From the NCBI RefSeq assembly GCF_036917575.1, contig NZ_JBALDC010000040.1, positions 83-64,082 of the forward strand: a stretch of DNA of 64,000 nt, given 5' to 3'. The notes under the pieces were generated by a model that was not told where the DNA came from, made no database searches, and saw nothing but the letters and a program-made list of their open reading frames with translations. A program made the position numbers and the translations under genes. Source of the stretch: Nostoc sp. Its GTDB lineage: Bacteria > Cyanobacteriota > Cyanobacteriia > Cyanobacteriales > Nostocaceae. Positions 10,015 through 19,459 of the stretch are shown here, piece after piece (position 1 is the first letter of the stretch; each line of letters begins with the position of its first letter).

Positions 10015-10433
10015 AAGATTTTAAATGGCTAGAGCCGCTGACTACGATTATTCCTTGTCAAGGCTTTTAGGATAGTTGTATTTATTTTTACTCACTTGGT
10101 TAGCGATCGCTCAACTGAATTTATGTACTGAGGTGTTGCTCAAACAGTATAAAAATTGCTCCCAAAAAAAAGACCTTTGCTTTGCGCCAAAAGTCTTTCC
10201 GTTTCAGAACGTTGTAAAATTTATAAGCAACGTAAAACGCTGATATGGTTAATTTAGTGGCTTCTATGCCATGAACGCAAAAATAACAACCCAATTACCA
10301 ATTACATACTGACCATTATTATTACCCTTATACTAAAAATGCGTAGGCGCAGCCCGCCGCAGGCATCGCCAACATTTAAGTATAGACCCAGAAATCTCAT
10401 CCTGCAACCAAAACTTCGTCTTAATGCAAGGTT

Positions 10434-10667
10434 TTAGGAGAAATTTTCCCAGGATTGGGCAACTAATTGAGTTAACCAGCGACGTTGTTGCTGATCCAGG
10501 AGTGGATCGTCTGCTAACAACTGAGCGGTCAATTCTTCCAAAGATTGACCCTGAGCGCGGACAATTTTAATGACTCCAGCGATCGCACTGGCAACTAGTT
10601 CTTCATCAATTGGCTGTTGTCGCAGAGCGATAATTTCTTGGGGACTGTCTGGAATGGGATAATTCAT
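10434..10667 (-). CDS. hypothetical small protein
   Basis: 77-aa ORF with non-repetitive composition. It is divergent from the next gene. No family was recognised. Confidence 0.45.
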   Translation of the reverse strand: MNYPIPDSPQEIIALRQQPIDEELVASAIAGVIKIVRAQGQSLEELTAQLLADDPLLDQQQRRWLTQLVAQSWENFS

Positions 10668-10827
10668 GGCGTGGGTTTACAGAAATACAAAATGAACAAT
10701 AACTTTGACAAATTCTTAAAATTTCTTCACTGAATCTTTACGAAACTAATAGGGCGGAGTGTACCTTACTTTATGTCTTAAGAAAATCTGTCTTAGTGAA
10801 TAAATTGATGGGAGATGTCAGGAAAAA

Positions 10828-12972
10828 ATGAAAGAAATACTTTATTTAGAAGTTCCAACTCCAGATATAGAATCTGTGCGTAGTTGGTTACAAACAGATT
10901 TTGAACCTGGAAATGGAGAAAAAGTGCTTACCTCGGAAGGCTTTCGCCTTAAAATAGCTAGTAGCACCACACCTGCTGGAGTGGCTTTTTCCGAAAACTT
11001 GTCTATAGAACTTTCGGTATTTATCTGGTCGGTGCAACGAACTACCTACTTGAAAGTGTTTCGCTGGTCAGAACAACCCTTTCCCAGTGAAAAACAAATT
11101 CTGCAACGCTTGACCAAAGAAATCAGAAGCCGTTTTCCGCATCATTACCCAGAACCGCCAGCAATTGATTTATCCCAGCAATCAATATTTGCCGCACTCG
11201 GCTCTACTTATCCCCTTACCGTCAAGTATTTTCAGAAAATGCCCAACGGTGAATATGACCTAACTCGTGCCTATTGGTGGGAACAACGATGGCGCGAAGG
11301 GGTGCAGAATCCGCAGCAGCCGCGTCGAGTGGTGTTTTCCAGTCAAAGGGACTGGGGACTGGGGACTGGGGACTGGGGAAAAGGTAATCCCAATACCCAA
11401 TCTTTAATCCCTAATTCCCAGTACGACATCATCTATATTGGCGGCGCATTAGGCGTAATCCATGCAGCACTAATGGCGAAACTGGGATACAAAGTCTTGC
11501 TGGTGGAACGAATGCCCTTTGGGCGGATGAACCGAGAATGGAATATTTCCCGCGACGAGATTCAAAGCTTAGTTAACTTGGGTTTAATCACCCCCGCTGA
11601 GTTAGAAACCATCATTGCCAGGGAATACAAAGATGGATTTAATAAGTTTTTTGATGCTAATAATCCAGTCAAACTGCGATCGCCCATCCTCCACACACCC
11701 ACAGTCCTAAATTTAGGCTTGGATTCCGAAAAATGGCTCCAAATGTGTGGGCAAAAACTGCAAGCCGCAGGCGGTGAAATTTGGGATGAAACAGAGTTTA
11801 TCCGTGCAGATATTGATATATCACAGGTAGTTTTACAAGTCAAGCACTTGCCCAGTCAGATTGAGAAGCAAGTAAGTGGACGATTGCTAATAGATGCAAT
11901 GGGAACTGCATCCCCGATCGCTTGGCAATTAAATGGTGGTCGTGCCTTTGATAGTGTCTGTCCAACAGTGGGAGCGGCAGTTGAGAGCGGATTTGAGCCG
12001 GGAGTATGGGATTCCCAATATGGGGACGTTCTTTATAGTCATGGGGATATTTCACGGGGAAGGCAGTTAATTTGGGAATTGTTTCCCGCAGCAGATGATG
12101 AACTGACGATTTATTTATTTCATTACCACGAAGTTAATGCTGAAAATCCTGGTTCTTTGCTGGAGATGTACGAGGACTTTTTCACGATTTTGCCAGAGTA
12201 TCGCAGATGCGATATGGACAAATTGGTGTGGAAGAAGCCGACATTTGGGTATATACCAGGGCATTTTAGTGTGGGAAGTCGCGATCGCACAGTTGCCTTC
12301 GATCGATTGATAGCGATCGGTGATGCGGCATCACTCCAATCTCCCCTCGTTTTCACAGGTTTTGGTTCCTTAGTTCGCAACTTAGAGCGCTTAACAACGC
12401 TGTTGGATACTGCCCTCAAACATGAGTTGTTGAGTTTCCGCCACTTAAACCAAATTCGCGCCTATCAAACCAACGTTTCCGTGACTTGGCTCTTTTCCAA
12501 AGGCATGATGGTACCCACAGGGAAATTTTTACCACCGCAACGAATTAACGCCATGCTCAATACCTTTTTTGGGCTATTAGCAGACGAACCGCTAGAGGTG
12601 GCAGATAACTTCATCAAAGACCGATGTGATTGGTTAACCTTTAACCGTTTAGCACTGAAAGCCGCTTATAAAAATCCTGCCTTGCTTTTATGGATTTGGG
12701 AACTTGCTGGCCCTAGAGATTTAGTGCGATGGCTTGGTAGTTATTTCAACTTCGGTCGTCATGCCCTGGTTAGTGCTTTATTAAGTCCGTGGTTCTCACG
12801 CTTCTTGAACCGAGTAGGTTTTTGGCTAGAACCCCGGAATCCAGGCTTGTGGCTGTGGTTATTGGCGATTAATTATGCGATCGCCACAGGCAAACCGCGA
12901 TCGCCCAGCCAGGTAGCAAAAACCAACCCAGAAGCCATAATTCCGAAGTCAGAAGCAAGGATTCTGAATTAA
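10828..12972 (+). CDS. FAD-dependent oxidoreductase with about 195-aa N-terminal extension; possibly CruA-type lycopene cyclase
   Basis: 714-aa ORF. A Rossmann dinucleotide motif DIIYIGGALGVIHAALMAKLGYKVLLVE begins near aa 200, and the C-terminal segments are hydrophobic. The CruA assignment is from memory of domain architecture only. Confidence 0.8.
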   Translation: MKEILYLEVPTPDIESVRSWLQTDFEPGNGEKVLTSEGFRLKIASSTTPAGVAFSENLSIELSVFIWSVQRTTYLKVFRWSEQPFPSEKQILQRLTKEIRSRFPHHYPEPPAIDLSQQSIFAALGSTYPLTVKYFQKMPNGEYDLTRAYWWEQRWREGVQNPQQPRRVVFSSQRDWGLGTGDWGKGNPNTQSLIPNSQYDIIYIGGALGVIHAALMAKLGYKVLLVERMPFGRMNREWNISRDEIQSLVNLGLITPAELETIIAREYKDGFNKFFDANNPVKLRSPILHTPTVLNLGLDSEKWLQMCGQKLQAAGGEIWDETEFIRADIDISQVVLQVKHLPSQIEKQVSGRLLIDAMGTASPIAWQLNGGRAFDSVCPTVGAAVESGFEPGVWDSQYGDVLYSHGDISRGRQLIWELFPAADDELTIYLFHYHEVNAENPGSLLEMYEDFFTILPEYRRCDMDKLVWKKPTFGYIPGHFSVGSRDRTVAFDRLIAIGDAASLQSPLVFTGFGSLVRNLERLTTLLDTALKHELLSFRHLNQIRAYQTNVSVTWLFSKGMMVPTGKFLPPQRINAMLNTFFGLLADEPLEVADNFIKDRCDWLTFNRLALKAAYKNPALLLWIWELAGPRDLVRWLGSYFNFGRHALVSALLSPWFSRFLNRVGFWLEPRNPGLWLWLLAINYAIATGKPRSPSQVAKTNPEAIIPKSEARILN
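11351..11378. repeat. STRR heptamer array (ACTGGGG x4) inside a coding region
   Basis: The run gggactggggactggggactggggactgggg is translated in-frame as DWGLGTGDWG within the 10828-12972 ORF. Confidence 0.9.
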
Positions 12973-13024
12973 TCATTGGGTATAGGGCATAAATTACTTG
13001 ACTCCCTATTTCCAACTCTTGTAC

Positions 13025-13044
13025 AGACGCGATTAATCGCGTCT
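13025..13044. terminator. perfect 20-nt palindrome between convergent genes (bidirectional terminator-like / dispersed hairpin family)
   Basis: agacgcgattaatcgcgtct reads identically on both strands. A related hairpin occurs at 56875-56899. Confidence 0.5.
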
Positions 13045-13047
13045 CTC

Positions 13048-14586
13048 CTAATTCTTGGGGCGAAAATTCGGCAGTTCTACAGATGCCAATGACTTACGCC
13101 CCTTGGGTGGACGCTGGGGATAAACTACTGGTGAAGGTGAATTATCATCATTAGTGTTATCACCTAATGACTCTGAGGACAAATTACTTGCTGACAATTG
13201 TGAAACTTCTGACCAGTAGTCTTCAGTTTCTCCGACAGGCGTTTCGGTGTGAGATGGAGTCGAGGAAACTAGTAAGTCATTGGCTGGTGAAAGCATAGAA
13301 TCCGTCCTCCAAGAAGTAGAGGTAGTTGCAGGAGGATTAATTTCTGCTTCCATCTGTACGTCCTGTGGATTTTTTAGTTCCTCATCGTCTTCTAAGATTG
13401 TTGCTAAAGTCTCCCAAATTGGAGCATCACTAACATCCGTTTTCGCAGCAGGTGGTGGTGATGTAGATGCAGGCTGGGAGGTAAAAAACATTTGGATTAA
13501 ACTATCCAATTGCCGATCTAAATTTGATGAATCCGAAGGTGAAACCGCTTCAGTTGTATCTGGTGTATCTGGAGAATCATCAACTTTTGGAGATGATGGG
13601 GGTTGTGTTGGTGTTGGCGTGTCTTTATTAACTGTCCAGTTCCAAGCAGATGATGCCGATGTCGTAGGGGCTTCATTTTTTTGGAATGGGATTGGTGCTG
13701 AAGGTTCGCCCCAAGAATTATCTAAATCTTTACTCAAGGATTCTTCTTCTGCTGACCAAGGTTGAATTGGCTGGGCGTTAGAAAACAAAGACCGAGCTTT
13801 TCTAGAAAATCTTCCTTGGCTAGTAGTTATGTCTTTAGGATGTTTTGCAGCATCCTCTAAAGAGTCGTAGCTAGGAACCGATGTATCTAGACATTTTTCC
13901 AAAGCTGCTTTGAATTGCAGCGTCTGGCGTTGTTGTCGCATCAGTCTTGTACGTAACTCCCGACAAACATTTTCTGACTGCAATAACTGCTGAGATTGTT
14001 CGTTGTTATTAGTGTGTAGCAACGAACATTCTCGCTCTAACTGGGCAAGGCGTTGTTGGCTAATTTGTAGCTGTGCTTTATAAGTATCAGTAAAAATTTC
14101 CTGACGTTGAACAGTTTGTACAGCAGTTTCTAATTGTTGAAATAAAGATTTTATCTGTTCTTGAGCCGCAGCTAATTCCTGAGTATGTTGGTTGAGCATC
14201 GACTCACTAACGCTAGAACGCGTTTTCTGCCACTGCAAAACCTTTTCTGACTCGGCTAGGTTGTCTTTTAGCTGCTCTACTTGTTCATACAATTTATTGT
14301 TAGCCGCACTTAATTCTTCGTTCAATGCCAGCAATTTCTGAAATTCCGAGTCAATAAGTGCTTGTTTGCCGCTTTCAGGCTCTGCAACCCAGTCCTGCTG
14401 GGTAGTATCTTGTAAAAATTGTGTATCTTCAGCTGGCATGAGGAGTGGCAGTTTTTTAACTGTCATATTGTCATTAGGCACAACTGAGTAAAAGGGACAA
14501 TTCGCCTGTTCTGATTGTGGCGAATTAGCAGAATTTAGGGATTCCATCACAGCCCCCTTGTTTGAGGTGTCAGCTTCGTTCATCAC
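13048..14586 (-). CDS. coiled-coil protein with S/T/P-rich acidic C-terminal region
   Basis: 512-aa ORF. The central 250 aa are heptad-like and Q/E/L-rich (LKDNLAESEKVLQWQK..., QISQQRLAQLERE). The C-terminal half is low-complexity (P/S/T/D). Confidence 0.7.
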   Translation of the reverse strand: MMNEADTSNKGAVMESLNSANSPQSEQANCPFYSVVPNDNMTVKKLPLLMPAEDTQFLQDTTQQDWVAEPESGKQALIDSEFQKLLALNEELSAANNKLYEQVEQLKDNLAESEKVLQWQKTRSSVSESMLNQHTQELAAAQEQIKSLFQQLETAVQTVQRQEIFTDTYKAQLQISQQRLAQLERECSLLHTNNNEQSQQLLQSENVCRELRTRLMRQQRQTLQFKAALEKCLDTSVPSYDSLEDAAKHPKDITTSQGRFSRKARSLFSNAQPIQPWSAEEESLSKDLDNSWGEPSAPIPFQKNEAPTTSASSAWNWTVNKDTPTPTQPPSSPKVDDSPDTPDTTEAVSPSDSSNLDRQLDSLIQMFFTSQPASTSPPPAAKTDVSDAPIWETLATILEDDEELKNPQDVQMEAEINPPATTSTSWRTDSMLSPANDLLVSSTPSHTETPVGETEDYWSEVSQLSASNLSSESLGDNTNDDNSPSPVVYPQRPPKGRKSLASVELPNFRPKN

Positions 14587-15605
14587 TCTTGACTCACCTG
14601 CTTAAAAATATTCAGCAGTGCTGGCATTAGCATTGCTTATCAACTCGTGTCTAATCAGGGTTTGCTCTAGAAGCTAAGTGTAACTCTCTCCAAGCACCAG
14701 TAATTAATTATCAATTGGTCTTCCCTATTTTGTATCTAGACTGATGCCGTTATAACACTATGATGCTCTTTCCCGTCAAGATAAAGCAAACAGAAAAAGA
14801 ACTCGATCCGCCTTTGAGGATAGGCAACAGAGGGGAGAAATCCAATACGTTAAAAACTAAATTGCATTTGCTACTGGCTGATGAAATTTGTCTAGATCCA
14901 AAAACTGCTTTGGTTTATATTTTGGTCATAACCGCATCTGTCTTAAGACATAAATATAAAATGTCTCCTTCAATACATTTTTATACTGATTTATTTATTA
15001 CTTAGGATAGATGTCCGTATAACTATCTACTATTAGATGATAATTCTGCGCTCCTAGACGATCGCTATTCAATGTCAGCAAACAACTAAGAGCTTCTGTA
15101 ATGGCTCTAATATCATTAAAGCTTGACAATTGCGAATAAATACGTATAAAGCAATGTTGAAGAAGTAACAATGAGTCTAAGTTAATTAATAAAGCTTTTT
15201 TAAAGAGCAATCTCAAATCAGTAGAAGCTTTTTTATCCTTAAATACAGTCCCAGCAAGCAATTATAGTCTTAGTTAGTGAGAGACTTTTTCGATCAACTT
15301 GTCTTCAATGCATCAAGTTTGTTTAATGACTACAAGAAAATTGTTTAAAGTATACTTGACTGCTTCTGAATATTGTTTACATCGTGTATTTAATAACAAT
15401 ACAAACACTATAGTTAAGTGTAGATACGAATATCCTTTTTTATTATTTTATTAAAGAATAATTATTATGACCGAGTTTTCTACTAGAATAAAAGTAATAA
15501 TAGAGACTATGGTTACTGGCAATTGATATTATTTTGTCACGAAGTAAAGCTTTGTGGCGGTTATGTTTGTCTAAAAAATACAAAATTAAAGTAGAGGTGC
15601 TAAAG

Positions 15606-17069
15606 ATGACTGACGTACTTGCAATAAATGCAACAATCAAGCAAGAAGCTGTCCAATTCCCGATATTTGCAGAAAATTGTGACAGCTTTTGGGACAAAGA
15701 AATTAGACCCTTATTTACAGATGAGTCTCTATCTTTTAAGGTAAAAACTCTTAACGGAAACTATGTCAAGTACGTCAACTTGGATAATGGAGCTACAACC
15801 ACACCCTTTGCAACCCTCAAGCAGTACGTGGATGAAATGCTTGATACCTATGGCAGTGTACATCGAGGTTCTGGGCAAAAGTCGATCATCACTACACGAG
15901 AATATGATGCCAGTCGGAACATTATTCGGGACTTTGTGGGATCATCTGCAAATAACTATGTAATCTTTGCGAAGAATACTACAGAAGCAATTAATGGAGC
16001 CGCCACACTTTGGGCAAAAAAACCTGGGAAAATCTTAGTTTCTGATATCGAGCATTCATCTAACCTGCTGCCTTGGGTTACTAGAGACGAAGTTGTGCAG
16101 TACAGAACGCAGCCAGATGGAAGTGTAAGTATTGCAGAAATTGAAGATATCTTTAAGGCACACCAAAATCTCCCCGAAGCCGAGCAAATTAAGTTAGTAA
16201 CTATTACAGGTGCTTCCACAATTACAGGTTACAGACCGCCAATTTATGAAATCGCAGCTTTAGCACATCGGTATGGTGCAAAAATATTCGCTGATGTGTG
16301 TCAGTTAATTCAGCATGAACGAGTCGATATGCGTGCAGATGATGACCCATGTCATTTAGATTTTGTGGCTTTCTCTGGACACAAGATGTATGCCCCTTAT
16401 GGAACCGGAGTTTTGCTAGGGCCAAAGGAATTTTTTGATAGCTCCTACCCTTATCAAATCGGGGGTGGAAATCTGCCTTATATCACCAGGAACCTGGAGA
16501 TCAAGCGTTTTTATACAGAACGGGCCCATGACCCTGGAACACCAAACGCAATGGGTGCGATCGCCATTGCCAAGGCGATTGAAATTATCGAAGCAGTAGG
16601 GCGCGATCGCATTGCTAATTATGAACATTCTCTAGTTGACTTCACATTCACACGACTTCAAGCTATTTCTGGTGTAAAAGTACATATCCGAGGAGATAAT
16701 TTAGCCCATGTTATTCCCTTGGATCTTGATGGGTTTGATGGACGCTTAGTAGCAGAAATTCTGGCACAGGAATATGGCATTGGCATTCGGGCTGGGGCTT
16801 TCTGCACTTATGAATACATTCGCAAACTCAAGAATATTTCAGACGAGCAAGACTGGGAAATTGCTCAGGAAGTAGACAGAGGAATTACACGCAATATTCC
16901 TAGTATTATCCGCGCCAGCTTTGCTGTATATAATACATTAGAAGATTGCGATCGCTTTATAGATGCGATCGCTCAAATAGCTAAAAACGGATTGGCTCAT
17001 TATTTGCCCGATTACACACAAGATCAGATGACTGGTGTTTGGACAGCAATAAACAGCCAGTTTTTTTAA
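15606..17069 (+). CDS. class-V aminotransferase (cysteine desulfurase / cysteine-sulfinate desulfinase-like PLP enzyme)
   Basis: PLP-lysine motif FSGHKMYAPYGTGVLLG and a candidate active-site Cys in GIRAGAFCTYEY. The ATG at 15606 (MTDVLAINA) is preferred over the track start at 15534. Confidence 0.85.
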   Translation: MTDVLAINATIKQEAVQFPIFAENCDSFWDKEIRPLFTDESLSFKVKTLNGNYVKYVNLDNGATTTPFATLKQYVDEMLDTYGSVHRGSGQKSIITTREYDASRNIIRDFVGSSANNYVIFAKNTTEAINGAATLWAKKPGKILVSDIEHSSNLLPWVTRDEVVQYRTQPDGSVSIAEIEDIFKAHQNLPEAEQIKLVTITGASTITGYRPPIYEIAALAHRYGAKIFADVCQLIQHERVDMRADDDPCHLDFVAFSGHKMYAPYGTGVLLGPKEFFDSSYPYQIGGGNLPYITRNLEIKRFYTERAHDPGTPNAMGAIAIAKAIEIIEAVGRDRIANYEHSLVDFTFTRLQAISGVKVHIRGDNLAHVIPLDLDGFDGRLVAEILAQEYGIGIRAGAFCTYEYIRKLKNISDEQDWEIAQEVDRGITRNIPSIIRASFAVYNTLEDCDRFIDAIAQIAKNGLAHYLPDYTQDQMTGVWTAINSQFF

Positions 17070-17174
17070 GGCATTGAAAGAGGCAGTACAGAGGGGAAAG
17101 ACTGACTGCAACTTTTCCCCTGCTTCATTTTCTGTTTCTTAATTAGGAAGTACAAATTATAAGGAGGTAATAGC

Positions 17175-18455
17175 TTGAGCGATGAAAACCTCTTTGACCA
17201 CGAGGATTATCTACAGGCACGGGTTGAACAGTGCATCTGGCAAAAAAGTACAGATGCAGGTATTTCGCGCCAGCGCTTTCTGAAAATACTAGCTACTATG
17301 GTTGGTGCAACAGCCATCGGAGGGTTAGCTAAACCTGCACTCGCTCACAGTCAGACAGTTGTTAAAACTAAAGGCAGTAAAATACTTAAGCCATTGCCAC
17401 CAGGGTATATCTCTCATAGCAAAGGCACATTAGAAATGAACTGGGAAGCGATGTATGGGCGTGGCTATTTAGTACCAAATGATTGGTTCTATGTTCACAA
17501 CCGTAGTACACCTCCCCCTTTTGACCCATCTAGATGGCGTTTGCAAATTCATGGAACTGGCGTTTCTGCCCCCTGTGAATTTACCTACGATGAAATCATC
17601 GCCATGCCATCGATTTCAGTCACTTGTGCTATTGAGTGTGCTGCCAATGGTCGGCGCTTCTTTGAAGAAGCTTACAACACCCCACTCCCTGGAACACGGT
17701 GGAGACTTGGGGCTATTGGTGTGGCTGAGTGGACTGGTGTACCACTTGGGATGTTATTAGAGCGAGCTGGACTGAAATCCACTGCAAAAGACGTACTCGT
17801 TGAGGGTGCAGATGTAGATTCACTGGACTCAAAACATAAATCCAAGTTCAGTAGCGTAGTTCCAATTAGCAAAGCATTAGCAGATAACTCCCTCGTCGTC
17901 TACGCCATGAATGGAGAACCATTACCTCCAGATCATGGTCAGCCGTGTCGTGTTTTGTTCCCTGGTTGGGGAGGAAACGCCAACGTTAAATGGATTGAGC
18001 GGATTGAGGTTTCCGAAACACCGATATATACACAGTGGGTAACAGAGCAGATGGTGCTGGTTGGTGCAGATTATCCAGCGATCGCACCGTATAAAGGTAA
18101 GCTGATTACCTATCAAAATGTTAAGAGTGCTTTTGAGTTGGCTTGGCCCGCTACGCTTTCTGCTCGAACCCACTTACTACGTGGACGTTCTTGGTCTGGA
18201 AAAGGAAAAATTATCCGTGTAGAAGTCAGTTTAGATGGCGGCAAAACTTGGCAATTTGCACGACTGAGAGAACCAAATTTTCCATTTGCGTGGGTACGCT
18301 GGGACATTGAATGGAACCCACTTCCTGGGGAATATTTTCTCCAGGCTCGTGCTACTGACAATTTAGGTAATACACAACCAACTACTGTTCCGTGGAATGA
18401 CTGTGGATTGCTCTATGGAGGTGTTGTTAGCCATCCGGTGACAGTACAAGGTTAA
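17175..18455 (+). CDS. sulfite-oxidase-family molybdopterin oxidoreductase, Tat-exported
   Basis: Twin-arginine signal SRQRFLKILATMVGATAIGG. Moco-Cys motif CAIECAANGRRFF and a C-terminal dimerisation-type Ig region. TTG start, 7 nt after the SD aaggagg. Confidence 0.85.
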   Translation: MSDENLFDHEDYLQARVEQCIWQKSTDAGISRQRFLKILATMVGATAIGGLAKPALAHSQTVVKTKGSKILKPLPPGYISHSKGTLEMNWEAMYGRGYLVPNDWFYVHNRSTPPPFDPSRWRLQIHGTGVSAPCEFTYDEIIAMPSISVTCAIECAANGRRFFEEAYNTPLPGTRWRLGAIGVAEWTGVPLGMLLERAGLKSTAKDVLVEGADVDSLDSKHKSKFSSVVPISKALADNSLVVYAMNGEPLPPDHGQPCRVLFPGWGGNANVKWIERIEVSETPIYTQWVTEQMVLVGADYPAIAPYKGKLITYQNVKSAFELAWPATLSARTHLLRGRSWSGKGKIIRVEVSLDGGKTWQFARLREPNFPFAWVRWDIEWNPLPGEYFLQARATDNLGNTQPTTVPWNDCGLLYGGVVSHPVTVQG

Positions 18456-18491
18456 TCACACCAAATCAATTCTCTAGAAAAATAATTATTT

Positions 18492-19283
18492 ATGATTGAT
18501 TTTAGTTGGTTGATTTTAATCAGTGGGGGTTTAATATCTGGAGTCATAGCTGGACTTTTAGGAATAGGTGGCGGTATTATCACAATTCCTCTTTTAGTCA
18601 CACTAGGTTATACTCCTGTTCAAGCGATCGCAACTAGTAGCCTTGCTATTGTGATTACTTCAATTTCTGGAAGTTTACAGAATTGGTGGATGGGCTACTT
18701 TGACTTTAAACGAGTAATTTATTTGGGAATTCCAGCTTTTTTAACTACTGGAATAGGCGTATATTTCGCCAATAAAATACCATCTTATATAATACTTTTT
18801 ACATTTGGCATCATACTACTTGCTAATATCTATCTGATTGAGCTTCGCAAGCAACTATCCTTCCAGGGAATTGAGAATACAGCACCAGTATTTAACCCAT
18901 TAGTTTCTAAAATTGGCACTGGGGGAGCAGCAGGAATTTTAGCAGGTTTATTCGGTTTAGGTGGCGGTACGATTATGGTTCCACTGCAAATGCTGCTACT
19001 GGGAGAAGAAATTAAAGTAGCAATTCAGACTAGTTTGGGCGTGATTGTCATCACTGCTTTAGCTGCCTGCACAGGTCATACATTAGAAGGAAATATTCTG
19101 TTTGTTCAAGGTATAGTTTTGGGATGTGGCGGTCTTTTAGGGGTTCAGATGAGTACTCGCACATTGCCTAAACTGCCAGATTCCACCGTGAGTTTAGTGC
19201 TTCGCATTTTCTTAGGAATACTATCAATTTATATTTTTTGGCAAGCTTGGACAAATTATCAACAAATAATTACTAATTCGTAA
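18492..19283 (+). CDS. TauE/SafE-family (DUF81) sulfite/anion exporter
   Basis: 263-aa polytopic membrane protein with duplicated GxGGG motifs (LLGIGGGIITIPLL and LFGLGGGTIMVPL). Confidence 0.85.
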   Translation: MIDFSWLILISGGLISGVIAGLLGIGGGIITIPLLVTLGYTPVQAIATSSLAIVITSISGSLQNWWMGYFDFKRVIYLGIPAFLTTGIGVYFANKIPSYIILFTFGIILLANIYLIELRKQLSFQGIENTAPVFNPLVSKIGTGGAAGILAGLFGLGGGTIMVPLQMLLLGEEIKVAIQTSLGVIVITALAACTGHTLEGNILFVQGIVLGCGGLLGVQMSTRTLPKLPDSTVSLVLRIFLGILSIYIFWQAWTNYQQIITNS

Positions 19284-19300
19284 TTCGTAATTCGTAATTC
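19274..19300. repeat. tandem heptamer array (TAATTCG x about 4) overlapping the tauE-like stop codon
   Basis: The run is ctaattcgtaattcgtaattcgtaattc. A partially inverted counterpart (cgaatta units) lies at 19429-19458. Confidence 0.85.
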
Positions 19301-19459
19301 TTATAATTACAGCAGGTTTAATTTATTTTAACCACATACCTTGTAGGAAAATTCCTAGTCCAAGACTGGGAACGAGGCAACCTAAATTTGATGTTTGTAG
19401 TGGTGTCCATCCTAAAGTTATTGCTACTCGTAATTACGAACTACGAATTAATTATTCGC

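Noticed and set aside
13280-13765. 161-aa + strand ORF inside the coiled-coil gene
   Set aside because: It is antisense to a much longer ORF and its low-complexity S/G/V-rich translation mirrors the S/T/P-rich region of the sense gene.
14760-15697. Track ORFs 14760..15005, 14998..15261 and 15443..15697
   Set aside because: The translations are AT-rich and low-information. The ORFs are mutually adjacent or antisense to the aminotransferase start, with no motifs.
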